From the NCBI GenBank assembly GCA_963677485.1, contig OY781964.1, forward strand, positions 608,001 through 672,000: a DNA stretch of 64,000 nucleotides, read 5' to 3'. Under the pieces are notes generated by a model, which was not told where the DNA came from, did not search any database, and saw only the letters and a list, made by a program, of their open reading frames with translations. Positions 59,109 to 64,000 of the stretch are shown piece by piece. A program made the translations under genes and the position numbers. The DNA is from Armatimonadota bacterium (GTDB lineage Bacteria > Armatimonadota > HRBIN16). How positions within the stretch are numbered: position 1 is the first letter of the stretch; each line of letters opens with the position of its first letter.

Positions 59109-59209
59109 GGCAGTAACCTTCTCTCTGTCTAAAGACGATCTTCTAAGGTTCGGCTTCAAAACAGGCATTCCTCATGTCCGAAACTACTCAGTACCAGCCC
59201 ACCGCCACC

Positions 59210-59866
59210 CTACAACCCGCCCTTACCGCGGGTAAGCCCGCACGCTACACCTAGCACTCTGCAGCCTTCTGCAGGGAAGTCGGGGTAACCAGATTCTGGG
59301 TTGTCTGGCGCGAAGTAACGGCGACCGCGGTTCATCACCGAGCGTTTGATCATGCGTTCTCCAGTCTCTAATACCTCTATTAGCGCAACTTCGCCCGTAC
59401 CACAAAACGGCTGCCGCTTTATGCCAACATAGTCATCGAAACAAACACGCGGTTCCATACAGTTACCCACTATATGCACAACGAAATCAGCATTCAGTTG
59501 CTTGGGAAACAACACATAGCCATCGGGATCGTCAGAGTCGGCAAAGCGTCCTTTGGATGGATCAGCCGGTACATCCCAGTATGGAAGCTTTACCAGGTGT
59601 GGGTTGCCGAGGGCATATAGCTCATTTCTACTCTCGAAGGCTTCGCATGCCTGCTCGAGAGTAATGTCGCCAGCAAAGTAACCGAGGTCAACCCCTATGG
59701 TTTTGGCAAATATTGCTAATAGGTCAACAGTTGGGATACTTCGACCACTAACCCAATTGTTGATAGTGCCATAGTTGATGCCACTGGCTTGAGATGCTGC
59801 CCTTATCGACCTAAAGCCTCGATACACCGTGGCTTTACGTATTTTATCTGCTAAATTTTCACTCAT
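59210..59866 (-). CDS. CI-like repressor (XRE HTH + S24-like domain)
   Basis: GINYGTINNWVSGRSIPT; IVGNCMEP; MIKR; VLGV. Confidence 0.85.
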   Translation of the reverse strand: MSENLADKIRKATVYRGFRSIRAASQASGINYGTINNWVSGRSIPTVDLLAIFAKTIGVDLGYFAGDITLEQACEAFESRNELYALGNPHLVKLPYWDVPADPSKGRFADSDDPDGYVLFPKQLNADFVVHIVGNCMEPRVCFDDYVGIKRQPFCGTGEVALIEVLETGERMIKRSVMNRGRRYFAPDNPESGYPDFPAEGCRVLGVACGLTRGKGGL

Positions 59867-59961
59867 AATACAAATATACTGGCTTATTGGTAATATTAGT
59901 ATTGAATTTATATACTCAATAGAATAAACTTTATATTAATAGGCTGAATTCCAGAAATGAG
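59867..59961. promoter_or_regulatory. cI/cro divergent promoter-operator region
   Basis: Very AT-rich; palindrome TATTGA-N10-TCAATA at 59900-59921. Confidence 0.7.
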
Positions 59962-60174
59962 GTGAGTATGAGGAATCTCAAGCAGCTTCGTAAACAGAAG
60001 CATCTTAGTCAAATTGACCTTAGTCAACTAGCTGGGTGTAGTCCATCAACCCTGTTACGTATCGAACGGTACGGTCACCGACCACCAGATGAATGCTGCC
60101 AGCGAATCGCAGCGGCACTAGGTGTAACCGAGGCCGAAATATGGCCAACACAAACACAGGAGGCAACACAGTGA
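59962..60174 (+). CDS. Cro-like XRE HTH protein
   Basis: LKQLRKQKHLSQIDLSQLAGCSPSTLLRIER; divergent from cI. Confidence 0.85.
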   Translation: MSMRNLKQLRKQKHLSQIDLSQLAGCSPSTLLRIERYGHRPPDECCQRIAAALGVTEAEIWPTQTQEATQ

Positions 60175-60347
60175 TCAGTTACGGATGGTTAGCGTTCCTC
60201 ATGCTGATAGCATGGTTTTTCGGTGTCGCAATGGGGGTCGATTCTAACGAACGGCGTCGTGCGGAAATCCGGGAAGCACTAGAAGGAGTGATCCTTGAGC
60301 TTCGAAATTCACTTACGCAGTTTCAAAATCGGAGGGGAGATCGATGA
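60171..60347 (+). CDS. Small TM early protein
   Basis: GTGA coupling, RBS AGGAGG. Confidence 0.55.
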   Translation: MISYGWLAFLMLIAWFFGVAMGVDSNERRRAEIREALEGVILELRNSLTQFQNRRGDR

Positions 60348-60805
60348 GCGTTTGGGTCTACGACCATAAAGCACAACGTCACACGAAGGTCGAAGCGGAG
60401 AGCGTGGAAGGCTATATCGAGCACCTGCGGACCAAATATGCCGAAGTAGTCAAGATGCCTATCATGTGCGAGCAGTTTGGCCAAAACCAGAGCAACCTGT
60501 GGGTATTTGCCACACGAAGCCATTTGGCATTCAATGCAGCCAGGATGGTTATCTCGGTCTACGAAAAGGCTGAACCAGAGGTGAAAGCCGGTAGCGTGAT
60601 AGAGGTGCTCCCGGACAATGTGATCAACGTTGAACAAATGTATGGAGGACCGTCTGACGATGGTTCCTTCGGTTTGTTCATCAATGATCAGGTGTTCCGG
60701 GTCCAGATGCCAGTGATACTGAGGCTGGCGGCCCACGTAATCGCCCTGGCCCCCATTATGAACTTCATCAATGCCATGAAAAAGGGGGAGACGAAATGCG
60801 CCTGA
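60344..60805 (+). CDS. Hypothetical early protein
   Basis: ATGA coupling, RBS GGAG. Confidence 0.6.
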   Translation: MSVWVYDHKAQRHTKVEAESVEGYIEHLRTKYAEVVKMPIMCEQFGQNQSNLWVFATRSHLAFNAARMVISVYEKAEPEVKAGSVIEVLPDNVINVEQMYGGPSDDGSFGLFINDQVFRVQMPVILRLAAHVIALAPIMNFINAMKKGETKCA

Positions 60806-60957
60806 GACAGAAGCAGTATCCAGGCAGGCCGCTGCTAGAACACATACTCGACTGGATGGTGACCGGCATCATCATAATGGTTCCCGTCATCATATGGAAC
60901 ATTGCATATCTGTGTGGGAAGATGTCCGCGACTGCCCAGATAGTGGCCGCACGATGA
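60796..60957 (+). CDS. Small TM early protein (53 aa, absent from ORF track)
   Basis: MRLRQKQYPGRPLLEHILDWMVTGIIIMVPVIIW...; RBS GGGAG; ATGA overlap with next ORF. Confidence 0.5.
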   Translation: MRLRQKQYPGRPLLEHILDWMVTGIIIMVPVIIWNIAYLCGKMSATAQIVAAR

Positions 60958-61271
60958 GCAAGCAAGAACCAATCCCCTCTGCCGACGATGATCTCAAGTA
61001 TCTATCGTGGCACCCGGAAGGTGGGTATATCGTCAGAGCGGGTAGCAACCTGGCCATTGTAGTGGACCGGTATCCGATGCTGCGTGGAGACCAGCAGGAA
61101 CGTTGGGGCGTTTGGTTATACGACACGAAGATCAATGAGCATCTGTTAGCCATTCAGTTGTTCAGCGAGCCGCGGTCGTTCACCAGCCGTGAACTGGCGC
61201 AAAAGGCACTGGATGAATACTCACAGGCAGGCGACCTGCTGCCATATGTATGGAATGAACACAACGCCTGA
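60954..61271 (+). CDS. Hypothetical early protein
   Basis: ATGA coupling. Confidence 0.55.
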   Translation: MSKQEPIPSADDDLKYLSWHPEGGYIVRAGSNLAIVVDRYPMLRGDQQERWGVWLYDTKINEHLLAIQLFSEPRSFTSRELAQKALDEYSQAGDLLPYVWNEHNA

Positions 61272-61340
61272 GAACAGCGATTCTCAGGCGTCATGAGGTG
61301 GACGATTAGGAGCATCCACCTCCATTATACAGGAGGAACC

Positions 61341-61556
61341 ATGGAATCAAGAGTGACCAGAGAAGAGATGCTGCGCTGCTTGAACCGCGAGTTGAAGATG
61401 CGCAACGGCGTATACAGCAAGCGTGTGCAGCGTGGTGAAATGCGCCCGGAGGATGCCCAGCGGGAGCTGGCCATCATGACCGCGGTCCGGGACCACATCG
61501 CCAACTGCCAACACATAGAAGGACAGATGGTGCTTGAGCTGGAGGCGGTCCGATGA
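61341..61556 (+). CDS. Conserved small phage protein
   Basis: RBS AGGAGG; C..RE..MR..VY...V..G.M....A.RE pattern. Confidence 0.6.
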   Translation: MESRVTREEMLRCLNRELKMRNGVYSKRVQRGEMRPEDAQRELAIMTAVRDHIANCQHIEGQMVLELEAVR

Positions 61557-61765
61557 TATCGAAGGAGACATTGGCCGTGGAGTTGATGGAGATGTGGGCA
61601 CGCAAGAAGGCCGAGATCGCCCGGTTGACCGAGGAGCTGAAGACCGCCAGGCGCGAATATGACGAAATCGTGTCAGAGATGGAGAGCCGGGTGAACCGGC
61701 CTCTACCTGGCACTATTGAACCTGAGCTAGAGACCGCCACGGTGGGTAAGAGGCGATCGCGATGA
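61553..61765 (+). CDS. Small coiled-coil early protein
   Basis: ATGA coupling, RBS GGAGG. Confidence 0.55.
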   Translation: MISKETLAVELMEMWARKKAEIARLTEELKTARREYDEIVSEMESRVNRPLPGTIEPELETATVGKRRSR

Positions 61766-61856
61766 TCGATAAGCTGATCATGGCCATGGCGGTGGTCGGA
61801 GTGGTCTGCTTCTACATCGGCCTGGGTGTGGGGTATGCGTTGTTTCGTGGTGACCG

Positions 61857-62066
61857 GTGATGGTTACCCATAACACCAGGTGCGGCCGCTGCGGGCGTGT
61901 GTCGCCCTTCGTGCATCTGATGCCGGACGGGAGCGGTATATGCGGCATGTGCGGCAATGAGTTATCGTGGCGTGCGCTCCAGATGGAGCGGCGAGAAGGT
62001 GGCCCCGTTCAACCCGCCGGTTTGAACACAAGCCGGGGCCACCGGCAAGAACCAAGGAGGAGATAA
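61857..62066 (+). CDS. Small Zn-finger protein
   Basis: CGRC...CGMC. Confidence 0.45.
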   Translation: MMVTHNTRCGRCGRVSPFVHLMPDGSGICGMCGNELSWRALQMERREGGPVQPAGLNTSRGHRQEPRRR

Positions 62067-62068
62067 GA

Positions 62069-62314
62069 ATGGGTAGAAATCCATATCCAATTGTTGGGCT
62101 GGAGCCAATCGTCGAAAAAGATGATCCCTCTGAGCTTCCTGACCTGCTAACGCTGGCGGAAGCTGCCGAGCAACTACGGTGCAGCGCAAAACACCTGCGT
62201 GATCATGTGGTCATCGGTGATCTCCCCCATTACAAAGTTGGACGCGGCTATAAAGTGGCAAAGTGTGACCTGGTGCGTTGGGCACGCTCACGGCGGGTGG
62301 CAAACCATGCGTAG
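62069..62314 (+). CDS. xis: Excisionase (HTH_17/MerR-like)
   Basis: LLTLAEAAEQLRCS...LPHYKVGRGYKV...L..W; RBS AGGAGG; overlaps int. Confidence 0.82.
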   Translation: MGRNPYPIVGLEPIVEKDDPSELPDLLTLAEAAEQLRCSAKHLRDHVVIGDLPHYKVGRGYKVAKCDLVRWARSRRVANHA

Positions 62315-63374
62315 AGATAAGCATGATGGTTCTATCAGCCGGATGGCCAATGGACGTCTTCGGATGCGCGTGATGTTCTCAGGACGTATATATAGTCATG
62401 TGGCCGATACCAAAGTAGAACTGAACAAATGGCGGCGTGAGCTGCTGATCCAGATCGAGAGCGGTATCAAGCCAAGTGCCACCAAAATGACGATCACAGA
62501 AGCGTTTAACGAGTGGTTCACGGACTATGCTCACACGGTCCGTCAATCTTCTCAGCATAATATCAAATCTGCAATCAAGATGTGGGATAGATTGTTGCCA
62601 AACTTGAAGATCACCCACACCAACAAGGGAGTGATCCAGTCAGCAGTTGATACTGCCATACAGAGCGGATATGCACCTAAGACCATGTCAGTCAGGGTGA
62701 CCATCCTTGGCATGATGTGTTCCTGGGCTGTGGACAAGGGTTATATTTTACGAAGCCCGACTGACGGGGTTAAGGTGCCGACACATAGGTCAAAAGTCGA
62801 TCGCAACGTAGTGGACTATGCAGAGAGGATCATCGCGTATTTCGATGAGCACGATGATTTGATGGCCGCGCGATGCAGGATGCTCTATTACACTGGACTG
62901 AGAATCGGAGAGGCTTGCGGGTTAAAGTGGTCTGATGTCGATATGGAGGCGCAGAGTATTTCCATCAGCAGACAAAACTACAAAGGCAGCATAGTAGTTC
63001 CGAAGACGAACAGTTCATACCGCACTATTACTCTACCGAACAGTGCAATGGAAGTTCTTGAGTATTTTGCGTCAAGAAGCAAGGGGCCATATCTCATGTC
63101 CATAACGGATCATGCTGCAGGAACGACTAATATTTCGAACGCTATAATGCGGGCTGCTCGATCGTTGGGATTTATCTTTAAGTGCCACTGGTTCCGACAT
63201 GCTCACGCGTCCTACTGTTTGCACCACGGAATGAATATCGCAGCTATCAGTGCCCGTCTTGGACACGCGTCGATATCGACAACACTGAATATCTATTCAC
63301 ACATGCTGCCAGGTGCTGATGAGGCCGTCAGGGAGCTGTGGAATGTTAAAAAAGTGGTCCGCAAAGCTGATTAG
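62307..63374 (+). CDS. int: Tyrosine integrase
   Basis: TGLRIGEACGLKWSD, PKT, HWFRHAHAS, RLGHASISTTLNIYSH. Confidence 0.95.
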   Translation: MRRDKHDGSISRMANGRLRMRVMFSGRIYSHVADTKVELNKWRRELLIQIESGIKPSATKMTITEAFNEWFTDYAHTVRQSSQHNIKSAIKMWDRLLPNLKITHTNKGVIQSAVDTAIQSGYAPKTMSVRVTILGMMCSWAVDKGYILRSPTDGVKVPTHRSKVDRNVVDYAERIIAYFDEHDDLMAARCRMLYYTGLRIGEACGLKWSDVDMEAQSISISRQNYKGSIVVPKTNSSYRTITLPNSAMEVLEYFASRSKGPYLMSITDHAAGTTNISNAIMRAARSLGFIFKCHWFRHAHASYCLHHGMNIAAISARLGHASISTTLNIYSHMLPGADEAVRELWNVKKVVRKAD

Positions 63375-63440
63375 ACTCAAATATGGACTCATGGAGACGA
63401 ATCCGATGAAAATCAAGCACATAAGTTCGGCAGGAAATCA

Positions 63441-63455
63441 TATATTACATTATAC
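63441..63455 (+). repeat. attR core
   Basis: TATATTACATTATAC, 66 bp after the int stop; GACTCA repeats between int and core may be arm sites. Confidence 0.88.
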
Positions 63456-63569
63456 ATAAAGGGCGTAAGGCGCCGTTTGCTATCAGTGGCTATAGGGCTA
63501 ATCTGATGGCATATACACAGAAATCTAGCAGCGCCAAATCAACCTATAGGTATGTTACGATTTCTTGCT

Positions 63570-64000
63570 TTACGCGAATCGACCAAGTGCTTCGAGAGAA
63601 GAAATCCATTGATCGAAATGCGGGCATTCATGCCTGATGCAAGCAAGACCTATCTCTTCCGCGATGATGGGTCCAAACTCATCTTTACTATAGATACCCT
63701 CACCGAATACCTGCATAATGCGTTTTGAAGGGGCAGTATCTTTACTATTGTTTATATCCTCCGGCGAATCGAACCGATCTCGAATGGCCTGAAGCTTGTT
63801 CCTTACAGCCTCATTCCACCCATCAAGAACCCACACAAACTGATTCACATCGGCGAATAACAGGGCTTCGAATTCATACTGCTGAACGTAGGGGATCACT
63901 TTAGTTTTGTCGAAATTCGTGATCTGTCTAGTCAGTGTATCCACGATTCCGAATTCGAGTTGTTGTTTGGAGTTCATTTTAGCTCCTTGAAAACCATACA
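63570..64000 (-). CDS. DUF4276 family protein, 5'-truncated by window
   Basis: IPYVQQYEFEALLF, PEDINN...TAPSKRI, IRHECPHFDQW; frame open to the window end. Confidence 0.8.
   Translation of the reverse strand, partial: YGFQGAKMNSKQQLEFGIVDTLTRQITNFDKTKVIPYVQQYEFEALLFADVNQFVWVLDGWNEAVRNKLQAIRDRFDSPEDINNSKDTAPSKRIMQVFGEGIYSKDEFGPIIAEEIGLACIRHECPHFDQWISSLEALGRFA

Larger units (their letters stand above)
27589..63455. mobile_element. Prophage, HK97-like siphovirus, ~35.9 kb
   Basis: Replication, terminase, portal, protease, capsid, tail, lysis, repressor, xis and int genes between identical 15-bp repeats. Confidence 0.92.

Noticed and set aside
1-64000. tRNA, rRNA or riboswitch genes
   Set aside because: None recognised by eye, including at the att sites; a covariance-model scan is needed to exclude them

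Overview
Chromosomal segment of a bacterium rich in carbohydrate-active enzymes. Armatimonadota-like is my inference from the gene families and is not proven. Positions 1-27.6 kb are host DNA: glycoside-hydrolase-like genes including two paralogue pairs, a stand-alone C-terminal half of CarB, PPK2, a porin with an 11-bp-period Pho-box-like array, a quinone reductase split by an IS3-type element, rpmB, two CDF transporters, and several palindromic or MITE repeats. Positions 27589-63455 are an apparently complete ~35.9-kb HK97-like siphovirus prophage bounded by a perfect 15-bp direct repeat (TATATTACATTATAC). Its notable features are: (1) the att site lies between integrase and replication initiator, so the early operon is split in the lysogen; (2) ~4.9 kb of cargo between terL and portal (secreted FGE/CLec-fold protein, a second diverged copy of the terL 3' end, a small KTSC-like gene, a PocR-PAS hybrid histidine kinase); (3) a triple-CBM protein with an unfamiliar repeat directly after the capsid gene; (4) lysis genes interleaved with neck genes; (5) a classic -1 frameshift in the tail chaperone; (6) a promoter-driven candidate small RNA. 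All family calls come from motif recognition by eye; no database searches were run.
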